DNA from: Candidatus Cloacimonadota bacterium
GTDB taxonomy: Bacteria > Cloacimonadota > Cloacimonadia > G963667145
NCBI GenBank assembly: GCA_963676615.1
Contig: OY781092.1
Location: forward strand, 1,408,001 to 1,472,000
Length of the DNA stretch: 64,000 bases
Direction of reading: 5' to 3'
A program made the translations under genes and the position numbers. Position 1 is the first letter of the stretch. Each line of letters begins with the position of its first letter. The notes beneath the pieces were generated by a model that worked only from the letters and a program-made list of their open reading frames with translations, had not been told where the DNA came from and did no database searches. Positions 49,866 through 59,622 of the stretch are shown here, piece after piece.

Positions 49866-50258
49866 CTACTTTTTCTCAAAAAACTCTTTCAACTCTCGTA
49901 AAAGGGCAAAATATCTCTTCCGTATCAAATTCTCGATTTCCTGCGCCGTCTGTTCCTCGTATGTTTGAGCACTCAAGTTTCTATCCCCCAAAGCCTGCAG
50001 CCACTCTTCGCCATTTTCGATAAGCCCAATCTCAAAACATTTCTTAATCATCTCTCGCGGCGTTTTCACCTGCAAAAAACCCTCTTCCCACAGATAATCT
50101 TTCATCACCTTCCAAGCCAACTCAAAACAAACTTCAAAAAACTGAACCAAACCCGCTCTTTGCACGACATCTGGATTTTTGATATTCACCGCCTGCTCTA
50201 GCAAAGCAAAAGATTTTTTGAAATTGTCGAACCGCTGCTTCCAGCGCACATCTTGCAT
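49866..50258 (-). CDS. HEPN / nucleotidyltransferase substrate-binding protein (HI0074 family)
   Basis: DVRWKQRFDNF, GLVQFFEVCFELAWKVMKDYL, DRNLSAQTYEE. Confidence 0.9.
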   Translation of the reverse strand: MQDVRWKQRFDNFKKSFALLEQAVNIKNPDVVQRAGLVQFFEVCFELAWKVMKDYLWEEGFLQVKTPREMIKKCFEIGLIENGEEWLQALGDRNLSAQTYEEQTAQEIENLIRKRYFALLRELKEFFEKK

Positions 50259-50267
50259 TTTTCCTCC

Positions 50268-51293
50268 CTACTTCCCCTGTTTCGCCTCGTATTTAATAAA
50301 CCAAATCATCACCAAAACGCCTACCACACAAGCCAAAACCACGGGCAACAGTTGTCTTGCATCTGTTGGCATCGCCAGCTTGTTCGTCACCAGCGCCTGA
50401 TTTTGCAAAAAGGCGACTTTCCCTTCAACTTTTGCGTAAATATCGGCGTATTTTACCGCTTTAAACGGCCACAAAGCGTAGAGCGAACCGATCATCAGAC
50501 CAACCAAAAAAAACAAAGTCTGGTCTTTAAATTTTGCGAACAAAAAAGTCAAAAGTCGCACAAAAAACACCGCGCCAAAAACCATTCCGAACCCAAAAAC
50601 CGCCAGTAGCATCAAATCTTCGGGATAAAACCTGTTCAGGCGCGAGACCGCCCCGATTATTTGCGAATATCTGCCGAAAAGCAAAAGGATAAACGAGCCG
50701 CTTATGCCTGGCAACACCATCGCCGAAATCGCCAAAGCTCCTACGCAAAAAAGCGACACATACTCGCCCAAACCATACGCCACGGGAGCGTCGCCGCCAC
50801 CAAGCAAACCACTATGCAAAGCCGCACTTTTTTGCAAAATCTTTGCCGACGGATCAACCGACGCCGATACATAAACTGTCAAAATCAAACCCAGCGCAAG
50901 CCAAAAAAAGTAAGAAAATTTCCGATTTTCTGCCATTTTATACGGCAAATAGACCGAAAAAAGAATCAATCCGAAGAAAAAACCGTAAGTCGGAGCGTAA
51001 AATTCCGCCAAAAGGAACTTCATCAACTTGCTGGCAAGCAAAATCGTCACGCCCGCACCCACAGCAATTTTCAGAAGAAAAATGTTCTCTTTGTCCAAAA
51101 TCTTCTGCAGCATCAATCGAAACTTTCCGCCTCTCAAATCGGCAAAAAGCTCTTTCAGATAAGCGATGTTCCACGCCGCCACAGCCTGCAAAAGTCGGTC
51201 GTAAATCCCCAAAACCAGCGCAAAAGTGCCCCCAGAAACTCCAGGGATGATATTCGCCAAACCAATAACGCCCCCAAAAACAAACTCCAACAT
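50268..51293 (-). CDS. DUF368 family membrane protein
   Basis: GLANIIPGVSGGTFALVLGIYD; AISAMVLPGISGSFILL. Confidence 0.9.
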   Translation of the reverse strand: MLEFVFGGVIGLANIIPGVSGGTFALVLGIYDRLLQAVAAWNIAYLKELFADLRGGKFRLMLQKILDKENIFLLKIAVGAGVTILLASKLMKFLLAEFYAPTYGFFFGLILFSVYLPYKMAENRKFSYFFWLALGLILTVYVSASVDPSAKILQKSAALHSGLLGGGDAPVAYGLGEYVSLFCVGALAISAMVLPGISGSFILLLFGRYSQIIGAVSRLNRFYPEDLMLLAVFGFGMVFGAVFFVRLLTFLFAKFKDQTLFFLVGLMIGSLYALWPFKAVKYADIYAKVEGKVAFLQNQALVTNKLAMPTDARQLLPVVLACVVGVLVMIWFIKYEAKQGK

Positions 51294-51372
51294 ATTTATC
51301 TCCTTAAAATCAAATCAATTACAACAATGTTCCACGAAAAACTCCCCTTACCAAAACAAAGCAATCTGCCTT

Positions 51373-51393
51373 TCAGATATCTGACAAGTTTTT
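51373..51393. promoter_or_regulatory. Palindrome TCAGATATCTGA plus a 14-mer shared with the gntR upstream region
   Basis: tctgacaagttttt at 51380-51393 is identical to 26127-26140. Confidence 0.45.
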
Positions 51394-51425
51394 AGCCGCT
51401 ATCTTTTTGGTCTAAAAGGTGTTAA

Positions 51426-52412
51426 CTACTTCCCGCCTCTCTTTTTCGCTAGTTGCTCACACACCTCTTTCACCTTTTGGCTCTCGCCTTTGTGACAAAC
51501 CAGCAAATCGTCTCCGTCGGCAACCACGATACTGTCTCGCACGCCCACCAACGCCACCGTTTTCCCCTTTGCCAACACCAAATTGTTGCTGCTATCGACA
51601 CTCACGCTCTGATCAGAATCCACCACGCCAAAAAGCGAATCGAAGCACCCCAAATCGTTCCAACCACCCGCAAACGGCACCACCTTCACCTTCTGCGACC
51701 TCTCCATCACCGCATAATCGATGCTCTCCTTAGGAATTTTTTGCATATCCTCCAGCCTCACAAATCCATCTCGACTATTGGAATACGCAACCTTTGCCGC
51801 CTCGTAAATCTCTGGCGCATAACGACTTAACTCTTGTAGATAGACACCTGCCTGAAAGCAAAACATCCCGCTATTCCAAAAATAACGCCCAGACTCCAAA
51901 TAGCTTTGAGCGACCTTCAATTCTGGCTTTTCCCGAAAAGACAAAACTTCCTCGCCGTCCGCTTCGATATAGCCATAGCCCGTCTCGGCATAAGTCGGCT
52001 CAATCCCAAAAGTGACCAAGTTCCCCTTTTTTGCCAAACTCTCCGCTTTTTTTAACGCTTGCTCATACTTTCCATCTTTTGTCTCGATCAAATGATCGGA
52101 AGGGCTCACAAACAAAATCTCGTCCGCCGAAACCGAAAAACACGCCAACGCAATCGCAGGAGCTGTGTTTCTTCCGATAGGTTCTAACACAAAATTTACC
52201 TTTTCGGCTGTTTTTACCTGTTTTTTGGCAATATTTAACTGTTTTTGCCCCAAAATAACCAAAAATTGCTCACAAAAAGGCAAATTTCGTTCCATTGTTC
52301 GCTGAAAAAGCGATTTCCCTCCAAAAATTTGTAAAAACTGTTTTGGATTTTCTGGCTTGCTTATCGGCCAAAGTCTTGTGCCAGCTCCCCCACAAATTAT
52401 CAAATTTTGCAT
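51426..52412 (-). CDS. manC: Mannose-1-phosphate guanylyltransferase (no C-terminal isomerase/cupin domain)
   Basis: CGGAGTRLWPIS...PKQF, LEPIGRNTAPAI, PSDH, ETGYGYI, FREKP, WNSGMF, SIDYAVME, WNDLG. Confidence 0.9.
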   Translation of the reverse strand: MQNLIICGGAGTRLWPISKPENPKQFLQIFGGKSLFQRTMERNLPFCEQFLVILGQKQLNIAKKQVKTAEKVNFVLEPIGRNTAPAIALACFSVSADEILFVSPSDHLIETKDGKYEQALKKAESLAKKGNLVTFGIEPTYAETGYGYIEADGEEVLSFREKPELKVAQSYLESGRYFWNSGMFCFQAGVYLQELSRYAPEIYEAAKVAYSNSRDGFVRLEDMQKIPKESIDYAVMERSQKVKVVPFAGGWNDLGCFDSLFGVVDSDQSVSVDSSNNLVLAKGKTVALVGVRDSIVVADGDDLLVCHKGESQKVKEVCEQLAKKRGGK

Positions 52413-52471
52413 AAAAACTCCTAAAAAACTAAAAAAAACGGCAAATTTCCCTGAAAAAAGCTATTTTTTTC

Positions 52472-54547
52472 TTAATATCCCCTCGTTTTTTCGATTATCG
52501 CCTCTTTCACCTTAGTCGGCACCAAATCGTATTTCAAAAACTCCATACTCATCAAAGCTCGCCCTTTAGACAAATTTCGTAGCCGCGTCGTATAACCAAA
52601 AAGCTCGCTAACAGGCACTTCGCAAATCACCTGCTGACGAACGCCCAAATTTTGAATGTCTACCACTTTTCCCCGTTTTCCATTCAAATCGGCGATAATA
52701 TCGCCCACATACTCCTCTGGCGAGAGCACCACCGCCTTCACAATCGGCTCCAAAAAAGTAGCCTTAGCCTCCGAAAGCGCCCTGCTGACAGCGGTCGAAG
52801 CCGCTATCGAAAAAGCCAATTCCGAAGATTCGCCCTCCTTCATCTGGGCTTCCAACAGCTCGATTTTTACACCTCTGACAGGCCAAGAAAAAATAGGTCC
52901 CGCAGCACAACCGCCCAAAGCTCCCTCTTCAGCAGCCTTCAAAAATTCTGGCGTCAAAGAACCCACACCAACTGCGCTCTCGTATTTGTTTTGACTATCA
53001 TCAGAGCCACCACCCATCAAACCCGAAACCCGCACCTTGACCTTCGCGTAATGATTTTTGCCCTTAATCTCGCGCGCAAACTCCTCGGTGTATTCTGCAG
53101 AGTTCAAAATCGTCTCCCGATAAGCAACCTGCGGCTTGCCGACATTCGCCTGCACACCAAATTCGCTCTTGAGCCGATAAATCAGCACCTCCAAATGCAG
53201 CTCACCCATTCCAGAAATCACAATCTGCCCAGAATTTTCGTCCTCTCGCACAAAAAAAGTCGGATCTTCCTCCGCCAAACGCTTCAACGAGCCAATCAAC
53301 CTATCGTAATCGCCCTTGGTTTGCGGCTCTACCACCATCGAAATCACCGCTTCGGGAAAATTCATTTTCGGAAGCTCCACGCTCACGCCTCTTCCAGCCA
53401 AAGTTTGCCCAGTTTCCACATCTTTCGGACCCACAAAAGTCGCAATATCGCCATAACCGACCTCGTTCAAATCGGTCGTTTTGTTCGAATGCATCTGCAA
53501 AATCCGCATAATCTTCTCTTTTTTGCCCGTCTGGCGATTTATCAACACATCGCCTTTCTTCACCTTGCCCGAATAAACCCGCACATACAAAAGCTTGCCC
53601 ATATGCTTATCAATCTGCACCTTATACACCAAAACTATCGGCGCATCATCGCGAGGAGCAAAGCTCTTTTGCTCACCATTTTCCAAAACCAAAAACTCGC
53701 TCTTATCCACTGGCGACGGCAAAAAATCGCCAATTGCGTCCATCAAAAGCCGCACACCCATATTTTTTAGCGAAGATCCGCACAAAATCGGCGTAATTTG
53801 CAAATTTTTCGTCGCTTTTCGCAAAGATGCCACGATTTCCGCCTCAGAAAGCTCTTCTTCCTCCAAAATTTTCTCCATCAAAGCGTCGTCCACTTCCGAC
53901 AAAGCGTCCAAAAGCAACTCCCGATACAAATGATACTCGTCCATCGCCGCCGCTGGAATCTCCCGTGCAACCATCTTGCTCCCATACTCCTCTTGATCAA
54001 AATAGTAGGCAACGCCGCGAATCACATCCACAATCGCTTCAAAATCAGCCTCTTTTCCCAGCGGAAACTGAATCGCTACCGCATTTTCCACCAATCTTTG
54101 CTTAATCTCCTTAAAAACCCGCTCGAAATCTGCACCAACTCTATCCAGCTTATTCACATAAGCGATTTTGGGAATATTATACCGCTCCGATTGCGCCCAA
54201 ACCGTCTCACTCTGCGGCTCGACACCACCAACACCGCAAAAAACGCCCACAGCTCCGTCGAGCACCCGCAAACTTCGCTCCACTTCCGCCGTAAAATCCA
54301 CATGCCCGGGCGTATCGATGATGTTAATCTGCCTTTTTTTCCAGCTGAGTGTCGTCACCGCCGAAGTTATCGTAATCCCCCGGTCCTGCTCCTGCTCCAT
54401 CCAATCCATCGTCGCATTTCCGTCGTGCACCTCGCCCATTCGGTGAATTCTGCCCGAATAAAACAAAATCCGCTCCGTTGTAGTCGTCTTGCCAGCATCT
54501 ATATGCGCCATTATGCCAATATTTCGGATATCTTCTCTCTTCGCCAT
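52472..54547 (-). CDS. fusA: Elongation factor G paralog (outside the str operon, diverged domain IV)
   Basis: [43 protein letters not shown]. Confidence 0.93.
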   Translation of the reverse strand: MAKREDIRNIGIMAHIDAGKTTTTERILFYSGRIHRMGEVHDGNATMDWMEQEQDRGITITSAVTTLSWKKRQINIIDTPGHVDFTAEVERSLRVLDGAVGVFCGVGGVEPQSETVWAQSERYNIPKIAYVNKLDRVGADFERVFKEIKQRLVENAVAIQFPLGKEADFEAIVDVIRGVAYYFDQEEYGSKMVAREIPAAAMDEYHLYRELLLDALSEVDDALMEKILEEEELSEAEIVASLRKATKNLQITPILCGSSLKNMGVRLLMDAIGDFLPSPVDKSEFLVLENGEQKSFAPRDDAPIVLVYKVQIDKHMGKLLYVRVYSGKVKKGDVLINRQTGKKEKIMRILQMHSNKTTDLNEVGYGDIATFVGPKDVETGQTLAGRGVSVELPKMNFPEAVISMVVEPQTKGDYDRLIGSLKRLAEEDPTFFVREDENSGQIVISGMGELHLEVLIYRLKSEFGVQANVGKPQVAYRETILNSAEYTEEFAREIKGKNHYAKVKVRVSGLMGGGSDDSQNKYESAVGVGSLTPEFLKAAEEGALGGCAAGPIFSWPVRGVKIELLEAQMKEGESSELAFSIAASTAVSRALSEAKATFLEPIVKAVVLSPEEYVGDIIADLNGKRGKVVDIQNLGVRQQVICEVPVSELFGYTTRLRNLSKGRALMSMEFLKYDLVPTKVKEAIIEKTRGY

Positions 54548-54764
54548 TAAAACTCCTAATATTTCAAATTATTTTTTTCGCTAAACTAGCGACCAAATCT
54601 TTCTTTCAAAACGCAAAATTTTCGCCAAAAACTGCCAAAAAACAGCAAAAACTTCCAAAAATAACCCAAATTTTTACAAAAAAGCACTCAAAAGGTCTAA
54701 ACATACCCAAATTTTGCTAAAATTACGATTTTCTCAAAAAACTTTTGTTTCCCAAACAAAAAAA

Positions 54765-54780
54765 AGTTCCACATGGAACA
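54765..54780. promoter_or_regulatory. parS-like palindrome AGTTCCACATGGAACA
   Basis: Two mismatches to TGTTnCACGTGnAACA; intergenic; about 9 kb from dnaA. Confidence 0.6.
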
Positions 54781-54873
54781 AATTTGTTTTTCTTTATTTT
54801 TCAGTAAGATGTAAAACTCTTTTATTTTCCTGCTATTTTCTCATTTTTTTATATCTTACCAATTTTCAATCTG

Positions 54874-55488
54874 TTATCTATTCTCTATCACTTCGACATC
54901 GTCAGGCAAAGAAAACTCAAAAAGCGACGGCTCAATTTTTTTGCTAGGTTGCAAATCGAAAAACTCATAACAAGTAGAGTTTCCCTCAAAATCAAAATAT
55001 TTCACCAAAAAAATCTCGCCCTCTTTCAAACCAATCTCCACTTTTGCCACATTATCGCTCTCCGCCAAATTCGGCACAAACTCATAAACGACGCCGAAAC
55101 CCTCTTTTTTGCGAAGAAAATCTTTTCCGCCATCCAAAAATTTCGCAACCATTTTATTCGGCCAAAAAATCAAAGTCGGCGACGAAACAATCTTCTGGTT
55201 GCTCTCCTGCAAAAAAACGACCGTCTCGTGCTTGTCCGAAAAAACCAGCTGCACCGACGGCGACGCATATTTTATCAAAAGTTTATCTCTATCAAAAAAA
55301 ATCTCGCCAGAATAAATCTCTTCGCTGTCGGTCATTTTAATAAAATTCGTCTGCCGAATTTTCGCCTGAAAAGCCGACATTCCCACAAATTTATCCACCG
55401 CTTTTTGCAGTTCACTCGGAATTTCGTCCGCCCACAAAAAACTCACGCAAAAAAACACACCAAACAAAATCCGCCTAAACATAGCCAT
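54874..55488 (-). CDS. lolA: Outer-membrane lipoprotein carrier LolA family
   Basis: Signal peptide; FQAKIRQ...SGEIFF...IKYASPSVQLVFSD; C-terminal FEFSLPDDVEVI; directly downstream of ftsK (conserved synteny). Confidence 0.8.
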   Translation of the reverse strand: MAMFRRILFGVFFCVSFLWADEIPSELQKAVDKFVGMSAFQAKIRQTNFIKMTDSEEIYSGEIFFDRDKLLIKYASPSVQLVFSDKHETVVFLQESNQKIVSSPTLIFWPNKMVAKFLDGGKDFLRKKEGFGVVYEFVPNLAESDNVAKVEIGLKEGEIFLVKYFDFEGNSTCYEFFDLQPSKKIEPSLFEFSLPDDVEVIENR

Positions 55489-57805
55489 AAACCTTCAACT
55501 CCTCTTCTGTCGCCCGCACATCGCGCGGCTTGCTTCCCAAATGCGGACCGATAATGCCTGCCTGCTCCAGCAAATCGATGAGCCTGCCAGCTCGCGCATA
55601 GCCAATCTTGAAGTGCCGCTGCAACATCGACACCGACGCCGTTTTGCTCTCCACAACGAACTTCGCCGCTTCCACAAAAAGCTCGTCTTCGCCCTCAAAT
55701 CCGCCGCTGACAGAGTCGTCCTCCTCGTTAAACAACACAAAATTTTGCTGCGGCTTCGGTTGCGTTTTCAGATATTTAACTACTCGCTCGATCTCCTGAT
55801 CCGAGATAAACGCCCCATGAACGCGAATTGCGTCCGATTTCCCAGGCGCCAAAAACAGCATATCGCCTCTACCCAGCAATTTCTCCGCACCGTTTGCATC
55901 CAAAATCACTCGAGAATCGATTTTCGACGACACCCGAAAAGCTATCCGTGACGGAAAATTCGCCTTTATCACACCCGTAATAACCTGCGTCGATGGGCGC
56001 TGTGTCGCCAAAATTATATGAAAACCAACCGCCCTACCCATCTGCGCCAGCCGCGTTATCGGCTTTTCGATGTCTTTGCCCGCCGTCATTATCAAATCGG
56101 CAAACTCGTCCACAATCACCACAATATAAGGCAGTTTCTCCACCCGCTCGGCTTCCAAAACATCACTCTGATCCAAGCCCTCGACCACCTTATTAAACGA
56201 CCGCAAATCACGAACGCCATATTTTTGCAAAAGAGAATAACGGTCGTCCATCTCCTTCGTCGCCCAATTCAACGCCGCAAGGCTATCCTCGGGCAAAGTC
56301 ACAATCTCCTGAATAAGATGCGGGATGTCCGCGTAGCCCGAAAGTTCAATCTTTTTCGGGTCGATCATCACCAGTCGCATCTCCTGCGGCGTCAGATAAA
56401 AAAGCAGCGAGTTGATCAGCGTGTTCACGCAAACGCTTTTGCCCGCTCCAGTGGCGCCCGCTATCAGCAAATGCGGCGTCTTCGACAAATCGGCAATCAC
56501 GGGATTTCCCGCAATATCGACGCCCAGCGCAATCGGCAAATTCATATCGCCCTGATAGCCCTCCAAAACTTTCCGCAGCGAAATCAGCTCCATCTCCTGA
56601 TTTGGAATCTCGATGCCGACCTTATCCTCGCCTGGAATGGGTGCCTGCACCCGTAGCGACCGAGCCTTGAGCGCCAGCGACAAATCGTCCTGCAGCGACA
56701 CAAACCTGCTAACCTTCACACCCGGCGACGGCGTCAGCTCAAACTGCGTAATCACAGGGCCGTAACTCACGCCCACAACTTTCGCCTCAACGCCAAACTC
56801 CGCCAACTTCGTCTCCAAAATCAGCGAAATCTTTTCGGCTCGCTGCTGCAACAAAGCGCTATCTTTCTTCGTGCTGACAGACAATTTGTTCAAAAACTTG
56901 TCCATCGACGGCAAAACGAATTTTTCAGTGTCGCTAACTACCTCATTTTCCTCACTTTCCACAAAAGTTCTATGTGGAACAATTTTTTCTTCTTTTTTCG
57001 TATCTACATTATTTTCGGCGAAGTTAAGTTCATCGTCATTCCCAGCAAAAACAATCTCAGGCTCAGCAAAACTTTCTTCTGGCAACTGAAAAGGGTTATC
57101 GTCCACCTCTTCTGCCTCTTCGACCTGTTTTTTCTTCGGAGAAAAAGAGATTTTCTTCTCCAAAAGCGGCTTCAGTCTCTTCTCATAAAAGCGAAAAATC
57201 ACGCCATCTTTCCAGCTGATATTTTTCACCTCTTTGTAGGCGCTCTCCGAACCTTTGTAAACTTTGCGTGCAACTTTCCCCGTAAATCCCAAAAAATCGC
57301 AAATTTTTCTCAGTTCCACAAAAACGATTAAAAAGAAGAAAAAAAGAAAAAAAGTCACTATCGCCGAGCCAGTTTTGCCAAAAATGTGCGCAAAAAAGAC
57401 CAAATAACTATCGGCAACCGTGCCCACAGGTGTCGAAAAAAAATCCAGTTGAATGAGAAAAAAGTAAAAAAACAAAGAAAAAACAAAAAAGCTGAAAACT
57501 TTCGTCAGCAAAAAATTGCCTCTTTTTGGGAAAAAAAGAACGAGACCAAACAAAAGCAAGAGCAAATCTATCAAATAGACGAAATAGTTGCCGAAGATGT
57601 GATAGCCCCAATAGCTGACAACCAGCCCAAAAATTCCCACGGGGTTTGTCGTCGAAACGCCGAATTTCGCCGAGCCATTTATTCCCGAAAAAGTGCGATA
57701 ATCGAAAAGCGTGTCCACAAAACCCGCCGAGAGCGCAACAAAAAACAGCACCGAAAACAGGACGAGCAAACCGCCCCAAAAGAGTCGTCTTTTATTCATC
57801 GGCAA
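55475..57805 (-). CDS. ftsK: DNA translocase FtsK
   Basis: N-terminal TM segments; PHLLIAGATGAGKS, IVDEFADL, ILATQRPS, gamma domain SVSMLQRHFKIGYARAGR. Start may be ATG 57799. Confidence 0.96.
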   Translation of the reverse strand: MPMNKRRLFWGGLLVLFSVLFFVALSAGFVDTLFDYRTFSGINGSAKFGVSTTNPVGIFGLVVSYWGYHIFGNYFVYLIDLLLLLFGLVLFFPKRGNFLLTKVFSFFVFSLFFYFFLIQLDFFSTPVGTVADSYLVFFAHIFGKTGSAIVTFFLFFFFLIVFVELRKICDFLGFTGKVARKVYKGSESAYKEVKNISWKDGVIFRFYEKRLKPLLEKKISFSPKKKQVEEAEEVDDNPFQLPEESFAEPEIVFAGNDDELNFAENNVDTKKEEKIVPHRTFVESEENEVVSDTEKFVLPSMDKFLNKLSVSTKKDSALLQQRAEKISLILETKLAEFGVEAKVVGVSYGPVITQFELTPSPGVKVSRFVSLQDDLSLALKARSLRVQAPIPGEDKVGIEIPNQEMELISLRKVLEGYQGDMNLPIALGVDIAGNPVIADLSKTPHLLIAGATGAGKSVCVNTLINSLLFYLTPQEMRLVMIDPKKIELSGYADIPHLIQEIVTLPEDSLAALNWATKEMDDRYSLLQKYGVRDLRSFNKVVEGLDQSDVLEAERVEKLPYIVVIVDEFADLIMTAGKDIEKPITRLAQMGRAVGFHIILATQRPSTQVITGVIKANFPSRIAFRVSSKIDSRVILDANGAEKLLGRGDMLFLAPGKSDAIRVHGAFISDQEIERVVKYLKTQPKPQQNFVLFNEEDDSVSGGFEGEDELFVEAAKFVVESKTASVSMLQRHFKIGYARAGRLIDLLEQAGIIGPHLGSKPRDVRATEEELKVYGYV

Positions 57806-57810
57806 AAAGC

Positions 57811-58890
57811 CTAAACATTAAATCGGAAGTTGATAATATCGCCGTCTTTGACGGGATACTCCTTGCCCTCTAGCCGCAAAAGCCCCTTACTTTTGGCAAC
57901 TGCCATCGAGCCGCAAGCTTTGAAATCGGCAAAAGAGATTGTCTCGGCTCGAATAAATCCGCGTTGAATGTCCGAGTGAATTTTGCCCGCAGCCTCAGGC
58001 GCCAAAGTCCCTTTTTTGATCGTCCAAGCTCGCACCTCTTTTTCGCCCGCAGTCAAAAAACTAATCAGGTTCAAAAGCGCATAACTCCGCAAAACGATTT
58101 TGTCCAAGCCAGAGCGGCTCAAACCCAAATCTTGCAAAAACTCCTTCTTCTCCGCTGGCTCCAGCTGCGCAATCTCGTTCTCAATCTCCGCCGAAATCAG
58201 CAAAACCTCGTCCTTGCCAACCTCATCCTTCAGGCTCTGCACAAAAGCGTTGCCGTCCACAACATCGTCCTCGCCAACATTCGCTACATACAAAACCGGC
58301 TTGGCGCTAAGCAAGTTCAAGCTCTTCATCACCGCTTTCTCGTCGTCCGAAAGCTGCAAATCTTTCAGCGGCTTCTCCTGATCGAGCTGCGCAAAAATCC
58401 GCTCCAACAGTTCCAGCCGTTTAAAGGCCGTCTTGTCCGCCTTCAACTGCTTTTGCGCCTTCTCTATCTGCCGCGCCAAAAACTGCTGATCCGCCAGCAT
58501 CAGCTCCAAATTTATCGTCTGCACATCCGCCACAGGGTCAACTTCGCCGCTCACATGAGCCACATTCTCGTCCTCAAAACAGCGAACCACATGAATAATC
58601 GCCTCCACCTCTCGAATATTCGCCAAAAACTTATTCCCCAAACCCTCACCTTTGGAGGCTCCCTTCACCAATCCAGCAATATCAAAAAACTCAATCGAAG
58701 TGTAAACTTTCGACTTCGCCTTGTAGAAATCTTCCAAAAACTCCAGCCGATCGTCTGGAACGCTCACCACGCCTACATTTGGCTCAATCGTGCAAAAAGG
58801 ATAGTTCGCAGACTCCGCTCCCGCAGAAGTTATCGCATTAAAAAGAGTGCTCTTCCCCACATTTGGCAATCCCACAATACCTAATTTCAT
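57811..58890 (-). CDS. ychF: Redox-regulated ATPase YchF
   Basis: [44 protein letters not shown]. Start set at ATG 58890. Confidence 0.97.
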   Translation of the reverse strand: MKLGIVGLPNVGKSTLFNAITSAGAESANYPFCTIEPNVGVVSVPDDRLEFLEDFYKAKSKVYTSIEFFDIAGLVKGASKGEGLGNKFLANIREVEAIIHVVRCFEDENVAHVSGEVDPVADVQTINLELMLADQQFLARQIEKAQKQLKADKTAFKRLELLERIFAQLDQEKPLKDLQLSDDEKAVMKSLNLLSAKPVLYVANVGEDDVVDGNAFVQSLKDEVGKDEVLLISAEIENEIAQLEPAEKKEFLQDLGLSRSGLDKIVLRSYALLNLISFLTAGEKEVRAWTIKKGTLAPEAAGKIHSDIQRGFIRAETISFADFKACGSMAVAKSKGLLRLEGKEYPVKDGDIINFRFNV

Positions 58891-59052
58891 ATCAGTCCTC
58901 AAATTAAGATTTTTTCTAACAACTCAGGCAATGAAAAAAATGAACAAGCGGTGTCAATCAAATTTAACTGAAAAACAAAATTAACTTGACACTCTAGCCC
59001 AATTTTTCTCTTAATACTGACAAAATTAACACCTTTTTCACTAGGAGGCAAT

Positions 59053-59595
59053 ATGCAAATCAGTATTACCGCAAGACACTTTGACCTGACCGATTCCGTC
59101 AAAGACTATTTAGAAGCAGCGTGCGAACACTTCTCTCATTATTTCGAAAAAATCATCGATGTAAAAGCAACCTTAGACTACAACAAATCCAAATCAGACT
59201 GCTTCGCCGTTGCAATCGCAGCGCACTGCTCTGGCATCGATTTTAGGGCAGAAGCCGAAAATAAAGACTCGTTCAAGGCAATCGACGAATGTTGCCACAA
59301 AATCGAAACACAACTAAAAAAAGACCGCGAAAAAAAGACCGAACACCACAAAGCAAAGCAAAAAAGCTACTCCAAAAGGTCAAAAAGCAACCTCTACAAA
59401 AAAGCGCAAAACGGAGAAAGCAAAGTCGAGCTCGAATCGCATAAATTTTTTGCCGACACAATGAACTCCGACCAAGCCATCGACTCGCTAGAACAAAACA
59501 ATCTGAAATATTTCGTCTATCGAGACAGCGACTCAGGCAAAGTCAACACCGTCATCAAAATCGACGAGCAACTCTACAAATTCATCGAAGTCTAA
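59053..59595 (+). CDS. hpf: Ribosome hibernation promoting factor, long form
   Basis: MQISITARHFDLTDSVKDY...AIDECCHKIETQLKK; C-terminal MNSDQAIDSL...FVYRD. Confidence 0.88.
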   Translation: MQISITARHFDLTDSVKDYLEAACEHFSHYFEKIIDVKATLDYNKSKSDCFAVAIAAHCSGIDFRAEAENKDSFKAIDECCHKIETQLKKDREKKTEHHKAKQKSYSKRSKSNLYKKAQNGESKVELESHKFFADTMNSDQAIDSLEQNNLKYFVYRDSDSGKVNTVIKIDEQLYKFIEV

Positions 59596-59622
59596 TTTTT
59601 TCGCAATCATAACTCCTTTTAG

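Noticed and set aside
35485..50267. Integron, IS or prophage explanation for the accessory genes
   Set aside because: No integrase, transposase, phage genes, attC-like or terminal inverted repeats were recognised.
54548..54873. AT-rich gap as oriC
   Set aside because: No DnaA boxes seen and no evident change in strand bias across it.
43851..58884. Long + ORFs 43851-44852, 52652-53770, 53798-54550 and 57964-58884
   Set aside because: They are antisense to hydG, fusA and ychF and have no protein motifs.
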